Shown here piece after piece: positions 1 to 12,800 of a stretch of DNA of 64,000 nucleotides; the first letter of the stretch is position 1; each line of letters begins with the position of its first letter. The DNA is from Vitrella brassicaformis CCMP3155. Lineage: Eukaryota; Protista; Chromerida. The notes beneath the pieces are model-generated. The model was not told the origin of the DNA, did no database searches, and worked only from the letters and a program-made list of their open reading frames with translations. The stretch lies in assembly GCA_001179505.1 (NCBI GenBank), contig CDMY01000069.1, positions 132,908 through 196,907 on the forward strand. Reading direction: 5' to 3'. The translations under genes and the position numbers were made by a program.

Positions 1-3000
1 CTGCTGACCTACCACAACCCGTGGCTGGCCAGACACCTCGGCCACCTCAACGTCTGGCCCACTGACTACGCCATCAACTACATCGCTGGTACGGAAGGAC
101 CAGAGGGGGAGAGGGAGAGGGAGAGGGGGGCCGGACAGATGGGGATCTATGTATGTACCATATCTGCTTGTGGGTTCTGTCGGTGGTGTGTGTGTCAGGT
201 GGGTATGCGCTGGCCAATGGCGCGACAGCTTTCCATGTGCTGCAGCTGTGGCAGGTCAGACACCCCCACCCCCACCGACACAGAGAAGTGGTGGCATTTA
301 TTCGAGGGAGAGTCTGTCTTGTCGTATGTGCAGCTGTTGGTGGTGGCCGATGAGGCCAGCGCGCTCTCGCTCCTCACCTGTGCGCTCCTCATCAAGTACA
401 CTCACTCACATCACACACAGTGCTCAGCAAGGTGAGGAGTGTGTGTGTGCCTCTCCGCTGCGTGTGTGTGTAGGTTGGGTCGCGAGATAGCCGAGCAAGT
501 GCTGCGGGAAGACACTATCAAGGTGAGATGAGACAAATAAATGGTCGGGGTGGCGATGGATTGGCACATCCCTGGTGTCTGCTGTCGGTCCGTCCGTTGT
601 TTCAGTATCTGAACGGGATAGAGCTGCCGGCCGACATCCACAAGTGGTGGAAAGAAGGTCAGTCAGTCGGTGGCTAGGGAGGGATGCAGACGTCGCAACG
701 CAACGCGATAGGTGCTTCCTGTATGTGTGTGTGCCTCTCTGTGCGTGTGTCAGCTGTGATGTTGGGCGAGCGGACCCCCTCCACCTTCTCCGAGCAGCTC
801 AGCGAAATGGCCGTGGGGTTCGCGCCGCTCTACTACGCACCCGTAAGTCACCCAACACAACACATGCACACGTGCCATCGTCCATTCATCCACCCCACCC
901 ATATCATTTGTGTGCAGGATGTAGGCAGCACGATGCCGTCCAACTCTGAGGCTGCAAAAGACCTGGACACAAGGGTCTTCTGCGTTTGCATGAGGTGCGA
1001 CAGGCAGGCAGGCAACACAAAAACAGCTGTATGTCGCTGTCCCTTCCCTTGATGGATTCAGCGCGACTGAGTTCGTGTCATTGCTGAAGCGTCGCGCCAA
1101 GCTTCAGAAGGCCCTCAAGCGGCAGCAGCACCAGCAGGCGTCCATCGAGTCAGCCGACGCATCAACCACACCTCCTGCAGAAACGACACCTACAGCAGCA
1201 GCAGGATCGGCACCCTCCGAGCAGCAACAGCAACAGCAGCAGGCCGAGCAAGAGCAAGAGCAGCAGCAGGAGGGCGAGGGCGAAGACGCGTCGCCATCCA
1301 ACGTGGCCCATCCACTGGATGAGTTCTTCTACTCTGACGACACGCACACTCAGAAGCAGCAGCCACCCGATCAGCAGCAGACTGGAGAGGATGCACCAGC
1401 AGCAGCAGCAGCAGCGGAGGAGGACACGAGTGCGTTGGTGCGTCGTGCAGGCGGCGGTCGGCGTCACTCGTGGATGCATTTGGGTATAGTGCTGCGGCAT
1501 GACGGCGAGGAGGACAAACGCGCCAAGGAGGACCCACTCGAGAGCAAGAAACGGTAGGTAGGTAGGTGGCGATGGATGGATGGATGGATGGGCGTGTTGG
1601 TTGCAATGCACCCATCCATCCATATTGCTACATACATACCATGTGTGCCGACCTGCCTGCCTGCCTGCCTGCCTGCAGGGAGCTGTCGAATTGGGAGCTA
1701 GTCGTGGTCGACTGGTATGCAGAGGTGGCCAACCGCCTACCTTTCTGTCACCTTGATCGACGTGTGTCTGTGTGGGTGTGTACAGCCGCACATTGGACGA
1801 GGTGGAGATTGGTGCCGACTCGTCGCGGAGGCCACCCGGTGGACAGCCGAGATCAGGCACCAGACTCAAAGGCGCCATCTGCGCTGGTGGGTGGGCGGAA
1901 ATCAGGCCTGCAATGGCCACCACTAATGGTGTGTGTGTGTGTGTGTAGATGCTGATTCGATCTTGGAGCGTCACCAGGGGTACATCGATGCCTTTCTGCT
2001 CAAGTGCGAGCAGGTGCGGGGCAAACCGCTGTGCCTCTTCGGCAGACACCACGACACACCCGCACTCATCGCCACACTCGCACTGGTAACTAGCGGGTGG
2101 GCCAACAACACACACACATATGGCTGTCTGTTGTGGCTGATCCATCCATCCATCCATCCATCCATGTGTGTGTGTGCAGCTGCTGCAGCGTGGCTTCCCC
2201 CGCATCAGTGCGATCCTGGGTGGCTGGTCGGCCATCTGTGACAGCCTGGAGGAGATGAACCCCTCGCGTCAGCTCTACAACCAGCTGGTCATCCGGTCCA
2301 CCACACACGACAGCACCGACAGCCCACGGGCGGACAAGGACAGGGAGGGAGCCGAGGGCAAGAACCACACAGGGGCCGGCGGGGGTTGGCGCACCCGCAT
2401 CACACACCTGGCACAGCAGACCAAGGACATTTCCTTCAATGTCAAGGTTACTTAGTGGATCGGTGGATGGGCGGGCTCCCTCCCTCCCTCTCTCACCCAT
2501 GTGTGTCTCTCTCTCTGTGTGTGTCAGGATCGCATGCTTGAGACTGGTGGGCGCATCCGGCAGACTGCCTTGCCGGCACTTAACGAGATATGGCAGGACG
2601 TCAGGCAGATACAGACACTCGCAGGGGGCACCAAGGGGGAGCCTCCAGTGGCAGCAGACACCACTGAGACTCCCAAGCCCGCCCCACACACACCCGAGAC
2701 CACAGCCACAGGTCAGCAACACACAAAGAGGCCGCCTTTCCACCCCCACACTGCATCGATGTCTCTATGCTATGTGTGCGTGCAGGTATGTTGGCATCTC
2801 TGTTCCCCAACACTCGGTTCGGTGCCGACTTCGCCACCCAGAAGGGCAAGGGCAGCAACAACGAAGGCGGGGAGACACACCGACACCCACAAGCAGCAGC
2901 AGCCGACAAGAAGAGAGAGAAGGAACCTCCTGCTGCTGAGCCCGCAGCACTCAAGGAGGAGGCCGCTACAACCCACGACACCGAGGCAGGTGGTGACGAC

Positions 3001-5211
3001 ATGAGCAAGGGCCCAATATTTGCCCGTGGCAAGGGTGGCCCTCGGAGGAAGAAGGGCAAGGCCGCCAGGTCCGCTGCTGAGAGGGAGCAGAGGGCGGCGG
3101 AGGCGGGTCAAGAGAGCGACTCCATATTCGAGATCGGTAAGGTGACACACGGACATCAACATTCGCATACCTTGATTCAAGTATGGCTGCGTATGTGTCA
3201 GGTGGCGGGAGTGACAGCGACGAGGGCGCCGGTTCCCGCCGGACGAGGCGCAGCCACTCAGGCCGCAGCAAGACAGAAGAGGACCAGATCGACACCCGAC
3301 AGGGCGGCACACACGGTGAGTGGGTTGCTGACGGGGAAGGGTCAAAAGGAAGCTAGCTCTCGCATGCATCCCTTTGCTGTGCGTGTGCAGTTGCGACCGA
3401 TGCGGCGGTAGGCGGCGCTCTGGACGACACGAACGATGCAGGTGGGTGAGATGGGGTGGCATGGTTGTATGCATCCATCTTGACCGGCGCTTCCATGCGT
3501 ATGTATGTCATCAGGCGACAGTCCGCATAAGCCCTACAACTTAATGGAGATGATGAAACTCTACCAGGACCACATCAAGGCAAGCAACCAAGCCAGGGGA
3601 GGAAGGGACAGACAAGGAGGTGACACACACACGCCGATATGTTGTGTGTTTATGCAGGAGATCCAGGGGTTGAAGGAGGGCGAGGAGCTGGACGTCATCA
3701 GGCTGCAGGAACAAATCGGAGACACACACGTACTATCCTTCTAACGCCACACCACACCACCCGTCGGACGACCCACGTTCACCTGTCCTGCCTGCCTTTG
3801 ATTCAGATATTCGACGCCCGTCAGATCTGTGCGTGTCCGCCCACCCCAGCGGCCTTCGACCATCCGTCGCCGGCCCCCTCGCCGAGCAAGAGCGGCCGCT
3901 TCCTGGGCGGCCTCATCAGCAAACTGCCCATACACTTCACACAAGACACTCACGCAAAGGACAAAGAGGTACGTGCGGACGGCATACCTCGCCCAAATGG
4001 TTGTGTGTGCCATGCTTGTGTTGTGGCCATGCAGGTGTTGGTTCGTCGCTTGTTGATCTTGTCACTGAACCAGCTGATGGTGCTGGAGGTCATCCCCACG
4101 TACCTGCTGCCCATCGAGACGCCACACAAGGACACTGACACAACAGACAAGGAAACCGACGGCATGGAGATCTCAGAGGCGTTCCCCACCACAACCACAC
4201 CCAAAGATCAGCAGCATCGCCCAGCACCAGCAGCACCGCAGCACCAAGAAGGAGAAGGGGGTGACAAGGAAGAGCAAGAGGAGGAAGAGGAGGACGTCAT
4301 GTTCGACAGCACCGCACACGCACCAACCACACAGCCACCACCACAGCCACAGCCACAGCCAGCACCAGCAGCACCCCTGGCCCCCTCCCCGGCCTCTTCC
4401 CAGCAGACGGGATCTACCCCCTCGCCACCTCCCTCTCCATCCAAACAGCCTCCAGGCGCACCCGCACCCCCATCGCCATCCACTCTCAGCTCGTCCAGCA
4501 AGGGCAGCGGGCCGGGATGGCTCGCTACCGTCGGACACAAGATGCAGTCGCTCGCGCACAAGACCATCCTCACACCGGCGGCTGCTGAGTCTGCGGCCGA
4601 CAAGGGGGCGGCCAGGCCCTCACAGCACGAGCAGGCGAGCGCCTCCCCATCTGCAGCCGATGGCGACCGATTCGACCACAGCAATGAGGTGGTGGTGTAT
4701 GTGTGTGAGGGTCGTGTGCGGCTCAACTGGCCGTTTGAAGGGCTAGACGGGTACCGGCGTGTGCGGCGTGACGGCAGGGAGGGGTACACGGGTGTGTCGA
4801 TGGATGAGTGCCGCGCCATCGTCCGAGCCAACCACCGCCTGCAGTTCCTCAAACGCATCTTCTTCCAGGTGAGGACAGGAAGGACCCAACCATTGATTGA
4901 CACACACCGGCATACTATCCAATGTGGATGTGCGTGCGTCTTTGTGTGTGTTCCTCCCTCTACTCATGCAGGAGGATGCGCCCGATCGCGTGACGATAGT
5001 GCTCAAGAACGACACGTCTTTCGAATTCGAAATCGACAACCAACAGGTCAGTCGGTGGATGGCGGGTGGGAGGGATAGCCAGACATTCATATGAATTTGT
5101 ACCGACTTTTCTGGTGTGTGTGTGTGTGTGTTCACCAATCAGGAGTTCCTGAACAGCGTCAAGTCGCGTTTGTCGGCCCTCAACATCGGCATGAAGATGA
5201 GCTCAACCTAG
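1..5211 (+). CDS. TBC1D23: TBC (Rab-GAP) + rhodanese-like + C-terminal PH-like protein, TBC1D23-like; multi-exon, 5' end lies outside the window
   Basis: Spliced exons give LLTYHNPWLARHLGHLNVWPTDYAINYIA|GGYALANGATAFHVLQLWQ (TBC C-terminal helices). Later exons give LLQRGFPRISAILGGWSAI (rhodanese-like, as in TBC1D23), then Q/P/E-rich linkers and a terminal domain (..RLQFLKRIFFQ|EDAPDRVTIVLKNDTSFEFEIDNQQ|EFLNSVKSRLSALNIGMKMSST*), TAG at 5209-5211. Orthology is inferred from domain order. Confidence 0.72.
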
Positions 5212-5752
5212 CCATAGATAGCCAGACCGTGTTTCCTCTGCTCCTCCGTGCAGCAGCAGTGAGACGAGTCAGCCAGTCAGCCAGCCCGGTCTGCTTTCGT
5301 GAGAATTAATGAGGTGGGCCTGCGTGGGTCGGTAGGTAGTCTTTGTCGTTGTCGTGCGTGTCGGCACTTGTGGCCTAGCTTCCAATTCACCATAAATTCA
5401 CCATAGAGTATCAATCATAATGATGACTGTTAGTGGGCATGTGAGCTGGACCGAATCAGCATGCACGGGCCATTCAACTGATCAAAATTGTCCTTCTTCA
5501 CAGATGCAGCATGCAAGTAGATTCTCGATCGGGCGGTAAGAGGGGCACAGAATGAGTCGGTCGACACTCGCAATTGCCTGCCCTTCAGTGACGATAACAG
5601 CACTCACACGAAGCGGACTGGCAGCCCCTCTCTCTCTCGGCCATCAATGCACCATGCACACACACAGAGACATGTATGCGAGACACACCGGCAAGAAAAG
5701 AGCCGCGCCATGATAGTGAATGCGATACCGGCTAACACACACACCCGCACAT

Positions 5753-8700
5753 TTACGCAGCAGCCTTGGTGGCCTCGTCTTTGTCGCCTCTCTTTGTGTC
5801 CTTGCTGGCCGCCTTCTTTCTGTTTGGCCTCATCTCGATGGTCTTGCCCTCCCCGCCCGACACGGTCAACCTCTTCTGGCTTGACTCTCTGAGCAGAGTG
5901 ATCAGCCCCTTGGGGCGTGGCTTGTAGGGCGACAGCACCACACACTTGAGGCGAGGGAAACTCTCAAAAACCGACACAACACACTCGGCAAACGACCGGA
6001 ACAGACCCTTCTCTGCCTCATCAGTGAGGTATCTGACCCGGGGGTGTCTCTCGAGTGACAGGTGCATCTCAAGGCGAGACACGCGACTTGACATGACCTG
6101 CCTGCCAGCCTCGCCCTCCCCACCGTACACACGCCACTGCACAGTGTGATTCGGAAGGGCATCATATCTGCGTGTGGTGTAGTGTAGTTGGGCCATGGGA
6201 AATCGATCTCACTCTTGACGCACACAGTGACATCTCGCCTGCCTTGAGCACAGAGATGGGCCACACCGGCAGGCGCGAGACACAGCGTAGCATTGGGATT
6301 GGCGAGAGTAGACAGCTCAAACGTGACACGGTCGATGGATGGGAGTGCACCCAAGACCTGCCCCGCCCCTCCCTCAAAGAACCCCGCCCCGTGGGAACAC
6401 TGAATGATGGAGACAGACTTGAGATTGGGGAACATCGTGGGAGGATCAGACATGATGTATGAAGGCAGCACCCCATACCCCTGGAGCCCGCCCCACTGGC
6501 TCCCGCCCCAGCAGATGTCGAGCTCATTCACACGTGGAAGAGCGAGTGGGCCGATGTCGGGCACATCAGCATCTGCATGCGATTTGAGTTCGACTTTGTC
6601 GGCCTGGGCGAAGCACAGGTGCAGTGTTGGCAGCGCTGGGGCAACGGGCGGGTCGTTGGCCTCGCTGGTGAGCGGAAGGCAGAGGGAAAGGCCGTCCCTG
6701 CGCCGATGCCATGAGTAGGTGTGGTAGCTCTCAGTGGCGCCGGGTGAGAGGCAGGTGGTACGGAAATGATGCAGCGCCTACTCACAGACGAGAGAAAGAA
6801 CACATGCAGGCGACGGGATGGACTGCCAAGCCATGAATGGGCGGGTGTGACTGCCGCTCACTCGGATGATTTTGGTGCCTCCGATCGTATTGAGTCCCAT
6901 CTCGACGTGACGAAGCGGCCCTCCGCCGTTGTCCGTGCCGATGACGTCGATGAGTTGCTCGGGATCGTCGTTGCCTGCTTCGAAACCCCAAACGGGGTAC
7001 GAGAACTCCACTTGACCCGTCAGGCTCGACAACGTACCAACTTTGAGAGAGAAAAGAATGCATGGCAGAAGAAGTGTCTACCTATATATCTGCTGCTCTC
7101 TTGTTTGATTCTCCTCTCACCGGATGGTGTGTCTTTAATCGCACTCGCCACTTCAATGACGTGCTGGTACCTTGCGTAGGTGCCGTCGTCGTCCCCCACG
7201 ATAACCATCTCGTCAGCCTGCACGACACAGAAGCCACAAAGCACTATCTTTACGGCCCTCGACTCCCCCTTTCCTCCCTCTCTCCGTGCCATCTCACCTT
7301 GTTGGGTATGAAGTGCAGAGACGATATGCCCGACGACGCATTGCGGACCCACGCCGCGGCGAGCCCATGGACGCTGACTATGCTCAGCTCCTCGAGGACG
7401 GGCAGCTCGTACTTGCGTGTGCGTGCGATGCTCTCCCACATCGAGCCGACCGTAGCCTTGGTCAGCTTGGGGAACGCAGTGGGGCTCTCCTTGCTTGGCA
7501 CCTCTGCGTTGATCTGCCCTCTCCCCTGCTGCGGGTCACGTGTGCCTTGGAGCTCGACGGTCTCGATGGTGGCCGCCAGCTGCTCAAGCAAAGTGACGAG
7601 CCGAGGGGTGGGAGGGTAATGCACATGCAGGGAGCGACACTGAGACACACGACCTGCACACGCGAAACACGCATTTGAGAATGGACATGAGCGAGAGAGG
7701 GATGTGTGTTCAGTTCCATCTCTCACCGGGCAGTTTGGCTGCGGTGCGTTTAGTGGGCTTTGCGTAGATGTCGACGATGGGGTGCACAGCGGGCTGGCGG
7801 CTGAGGTGGCTGAAGTGTGTGTTGATGGTGGAGAGGGATGTCATGAAGGTGTGGTAGCCGAGGTACGCACCCAGCCCAAAGCCCTCCTCGGTCGTCATCC
7901 ACAGCGCCTCAGGCAGCTCCTCCAAGCCAGACCTCACCTGACAAACACATACACCACAGAGCGCACAAAGAAATGATGAACAGACCCTCGACGGAGCTCT
8001 TTGTGTGTTTGCGCGTGTGTGTGGTGCCCACCTCATCTTGGTTGAGTTTGTCCATGGTGTTTAGGATGACGTCGAGCTTCTTGACACATGCTTCCACCTG
8101 CTGCTTGGCCGTCTTGTCCACGGTGGATATCTGGATGTCCGCCTCGCACCTCACCATGGCCGTCAGCACACGGCAGTGGCGGTCAACCTCCTGAACAGCA
8201 GAAGGAGAGGCGGCAAAGAGGCGGGATGTCTATGGAACAAAGGTACCTGTGTTGTGTGTGGCGGCCAACCTGCATGTGTTTCTGTTTGGCGAATGTGTCG
8301 GGGGCGGGGAGGGCAGCCTTCGCATCCAACATCTGCTGCGCCTGTGCGCAACAAACACAACACGCACGAAGCATCACACATTGGCAGATATTCAACCCTC
8401 GCCCTCGTCGCCTCGCCTCTCTGCTCCCTCATTGACTCACCTTAGCCTTTGCGTCGTTGACCATGTTGATCTGTGCCTGGAGACGCTCCGCCACCTCGGC
8501 CAGAACCGCCAACGCTTCCTCATGGCGCACCTCACCAACATCCTGACACAACACGCACACGATACACGCCATACAGAGAGAATCGCCCATTGCTTCGCCC
8601 ATCCGCTCGATGTGTCTGGATCTGTGTCGATATCGTGCTGTGCGCACCTCCATCTCGACGTCGTCAGGCGTCAGTGGCTTGGTCCTGGCCTTCTTGACGT

Positions 8701-8929
8701 CCTTCCTCCCCTTGTTCTTGCCCTCCTTCTTGACCGCCGCCTTTGCCGGACGTCGGGCATGACCATAGTCCTCCCAGCTGTCGGAACAGTCGTCTGAATC
8801 CATGCTGCTGCTGTCGGAGAACAAGTAGCGCTTGCGATCACCACCACCACCACCACCAGCAGCGGCGGCGGATGAGGCGGCCATGGCAGCCTTGCGCATG
8901 GGACGAGCCGGACGGTCCTTGACGTCCAT
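5753..8929 (-). CDS. F-box-like protein with acidic/basic N-terminus, coiled coil and LRR-like C-terminus (paralog A); multi-exon
   Basis: ATG at 8929. Exons include LEELPEALWMTTEEGFGLGAYLGYHTFMTSLSTINTHFSHL (F-box-like LP..L..YL pattern) and WRVYGGEGEAGRQVMSSRVSRLE. Colinear with the + strand gene at 9041. Confidence 0.65.
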
Positions 8930-9040
8930 CGTGCAACGAGGAGAGAAAATGGGGGAACGGCGGATGATCGTTCCGTTTACTTTTGGTTGGCCAGGTTGTC
9001 GCCAATTAGTCCGCGTTGTTCTTCTCGCTCCTTCGCGGCG
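8930..9040. promoter_or_regulatory. Probable bidirectional promoter/5'UTR region between the divergent F-box-like paralogs
   Basis: Only 111 bp separate the two outward-facing ATGs (8929 minus, 9041 plus). Function is inferred from geometry only. Confidence 0.45.
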
Positions 9041-12000
9041 ATGGCGTCAGAAGGTGTTGAGCATCGCATGACGAAACGCCAGGCCGCCATTGCTGCTGTT
9101 GAGGCTGCGGCAGGTGTGGCTCAGAAGCGCAAGCCGTCGATGGATGTTGGCGTGAGCAGCGACGGTGATGAGGAGGAGGATGGGTCAGAGTCGGAGGACA
9201 GGGGCCGCCGCACCACCAAGGTCGCCAAGAAGAAGCAGCGGGTGGATGAGAAGGACAAGGCGGCTGCCGGCAAGGCCAAACCCAAGAAGAAGGGTGGCAG
9301 ATCTAAGGCTCAAGCGGCAGACGAGGACCATCAGATGGAGGTACGCTCGCATCACGCGATGGGAGGGCACACCAGGGACCGGCATGGCTTGAGCATTGCT
9401 CGTCCATGGCTCGCTGCTGTCTGTGTTTCGTGTGTTTGCCCGTCAGGATGTGGTCGAGTTGTTTCCTGCCGACCCGCTGGAGGCTCTCAAGGCCGTGGCG
9501 CAGAAGCTACAGACGCAGATCCAGCGCGTCGAACACGCCAAAGCAAAGGTGAGCGAGAGGGAGAGGGGCAGGGTGAGGATCACCGGAGAGGAATGTGTGG
9601 GGTGTTGTGTGTGTCGTCCTGCCTGCGTTCAGGCTAAGGAGTTGTATGAGTTGAAGATGGGCCTCGCCGCACCCGAATCGCACACAGAGCAGAATCGCAT
9701 ACGGGTGAGGATGACAGCCAGACACACACCTGACACAACACATTCCGCCTGCTCACGCCTGCGCTTTGTTGTGTATGTGTGTGTGGCTGGCTGATGATGT
9801 AGGACGTTGACTGCCACTACCGCGTGTTGACGGCGATGGCGACGGCTGATGCTGAGGCCCACGCAACCCACACTGACACGACCGTCAAGCGGCAGCTGGA
9901 CCGGTGCGTCGCCAAACTCCAAATCATACAAGACAAAATCGACAAACTACACGACGAGGAGGTGAATACATTGTACATGGGAGGGCACAAGGCGCGGCCA
10001 CATACATGTGTGGCTTTGTCTGTGCAGGTGGTTGAGCCGTGCCTCGAGGGGCTGCCTGAAACCCTCTGGATGAGCAGCGACGAGAAATTCGGTACGGGAA
10101 GAGATTGGACGACGAGTCCAGGGGACGGGGAGGATGCATGTGTTGTGTGTGTTGGTGTGTGTCAGGACTTGGTGCCTTCGTTGGTTTCGTGCCATGTCTG
10201 ACGTCGCTGTCAGCTGTGAGCACCCACTTCCACACCCTCACCCAGGACAGCAACATGCACCCCATCATCGAACTCAACATCTCACCGCCCAATGACATCG
10301 CTAACGAACTGCCCGGTACGCAAAAGGGATGACTTGTAATGTGTGCCCGTCTCCATCTGTGTATCGGTGCTGTGTCTTAATTCAGGTCGTTTCTCGAAGT
10401 GCAAGGACATTTCAATCATGCCCCCACACCCGCCCTCATCCGTCTGCTCGAGAGCCTCAAGGACACCATCACGAGTATCGACCTGAACGGCTACGGGGGG
10501 ATTCCATTGGGCGAGACGGAGGAGCAGATCGTCTTCCCGCAACTCCACAAGGCAGCCGTCCAGGGGGCGTGGGGTGGCGTCGCACGAGATCGCAACTTCA
10601 AACTCCCAGCCCTCAAGCACCTGAGTGGTGACACATTCAGTCGCCATGGGGGATACTCTCGGCATCACGCGGTCAGCCCTCGCACACACGGAAATGGATG
10701 CGGCACACGACACGTGTGTTGGTGGGTGTTCATGCAGGTGGTGCCGTGGATTGACAGCGCATGTGACGGCCTGACATCCATCCACTCTACCTACGTTCAA
10801 GTAAGGCGCACGGACAGGCAGCACGTCGTCGCACACTCCAGACTAATCATGCTGTGTGTCCGGTGTGTCATGCTGTGGTGCATCAGTCGCTCAGAGACGT
10901 CGCTGCTGCCATCAGGGACACGCCAACTGGTGAGAAGCTTGCGGCAGGGGATATTGCCATCGAGACAGCACCCGTTGTGTGCCTCCATGTGGCGACAGCC
11001 AAGACTCTCACGTCCCTCTCCGGCTTCAAATTCTCGGGCAACGACCAGGACCACAACCCGTACGCGCACCACCCTTGGTACCCCTACGGCCTCGGCGGCG
11101 GCAAGGCCCCCGAGGATGAGCTCAGTGACCTCATCTCAGCCCCCCAGGGAGCCAAGCTGCAGAAGATTGAGATGCGCTTCCCCAACATGCCGACACCCAA
11201 AAGTATCCAGGTGAGCATGAGAAGACATCGACTCACCAGCGGTCGATTTCTGTGTTGGCTGCCATCTAGAGAATTCATCGGTTCCGAGCTGCCTGCCTCG
11301 CACCTGACGCGATCGAGACGTACAGCCCGACCATCCACCTGTGGCTGCCCTTCAAAGGCGACGCCGCCCCCCTCGCCACCTGCCTCCCCACCGTGCAGCT
11401 GTGCTGCGCCAAAGCCGACAGCGTGACGCTCATGTCGCATGCAGAGGACGGGACGGGGACGGCCGCCCTCAGCCCCCTGGTGTGCGAACGGGCCCGAAAG
11501 CTGACCATCCAATGCAGCTACCGTGACCAGCAGCCCCCGCAGCCAGCGTATCCACACTACCTCGCCCACCATGCTCAAGCGCCGCCCCGTGTCACGCAGC
11601 CCATCCCGTCCTACATCACGTCCAATGCCCACTGCCTCTTCCCCAGTGTGGTGTCGCTGGGTGTCTATGAGCGAGATGCGGGTATGCGCGTGTATGCGGG
11701 AGGGGCGGGCGTCTGCATGGGGTCGCTGCCATCGCTCGAGAAGGTGTCGTTTGAGGTGCGTGTGAAGCCCGACCCGAGTGCTGAGCTGTGTCTGGTGCCT
11801 GCCGGTCTGAGTTTTCTGTCGAGTCAAGGCAACAATCTGACGGTCAAATCGTCGATCGACGCTGACGTTGACCGCTACCTGTATGGTGGCCCGGCCAACA
11901 CAGCGCCAGCTGACGAATTGTCTCTGAATTGGCGTGTGTACAGCGGGGAGGGGGATGCAGGCAGACAGGTCATGGAGCGTCGTGTGTCTCGCCTCGAAAT

Positions 12001-12354
12001 TGAGCTGCGTGTGTCTCTGCGCCACAGCCGCGGGCAGACCGGCCTGTCCTGCGCTGCTGCCAAGGACATGTGCCAATCGTTCGCCGACTGTGTCGCTGAG
12101 GCCTTCGACAGCTGCCCCTCTCTGTCGTGTGTCGTGCTGGCGCTGCCTTACTTGTACGGTTCCCGCTTTTCGCTGGTCGACAATGTGAGAGAGGGGGCTC
12201 AGAGGCGATTCAGAGTCGCCAAAGAACAGGGGCAGAGAGCGGTGGGCCACAGTCACTGTGTGTTGTGTTGCGCCCAAGTCAGGCCAAGCAGAAGGTCAAG
12301 AAAGAGACACACACCAACGAGGCAGACACAGTCATGAAGACAGAGGAGGAGTGA
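9041..12354 (+). CDS. F-box-like protein (paralog B); multi-exon
   Basis: MASEGVEHRMTKRQ... ATG at 9041. Exons include LEGLPETLWMSSDEKF|GLGAFVGFVPCLTSLSAVSTHFHTL, LRDVAAAIRDTPTGEK and WRVYSGEGDAGRQVMERRVSRLE, each matching a segment of paralog A. Stop is at 12337 (unspliced) or 12354 (with a final short intron). Confidence 0.65.
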
Positions 12355-12800
12355 GGAGAGAAAGGCAGACAGGCCGGTGTCCGTGTCTTTTTTATCGCAT
12401 GAATGCATGGGCTTTGTACAGCCGAACCAACGCCCATCGTGGCCGTACGTATTCTTGAAAAGAACAGACAGACAGACAGATGACAGACAGAGGTACCGGT
12501 GGGCAGAGATGGGTTGTGTGCAAGTCTGCAGAGAATCTTCGTTGCGTGCCGCATGCATGACTCAGATGGCCCGCCTCTTGCAATTGAAATTGGCTGCTTA
12601 TGCTGTAATCAACCCGCAGCCATCAGGCGAGAATAATATTCCAGAGACGAGACAGAATTAATTCTCTTTTCGAAATTCATTTCCGCCTTTCGCTGCCCGG
12701 GAACGCCTTTCCCTCCCGTGCGCCAGTGACGGGAAGGAAGACGTTTGCTCGCGATGCCTGCAGGCCTCGTTGCGAATTCGCGAGCGAGGCACGGCGGGCG

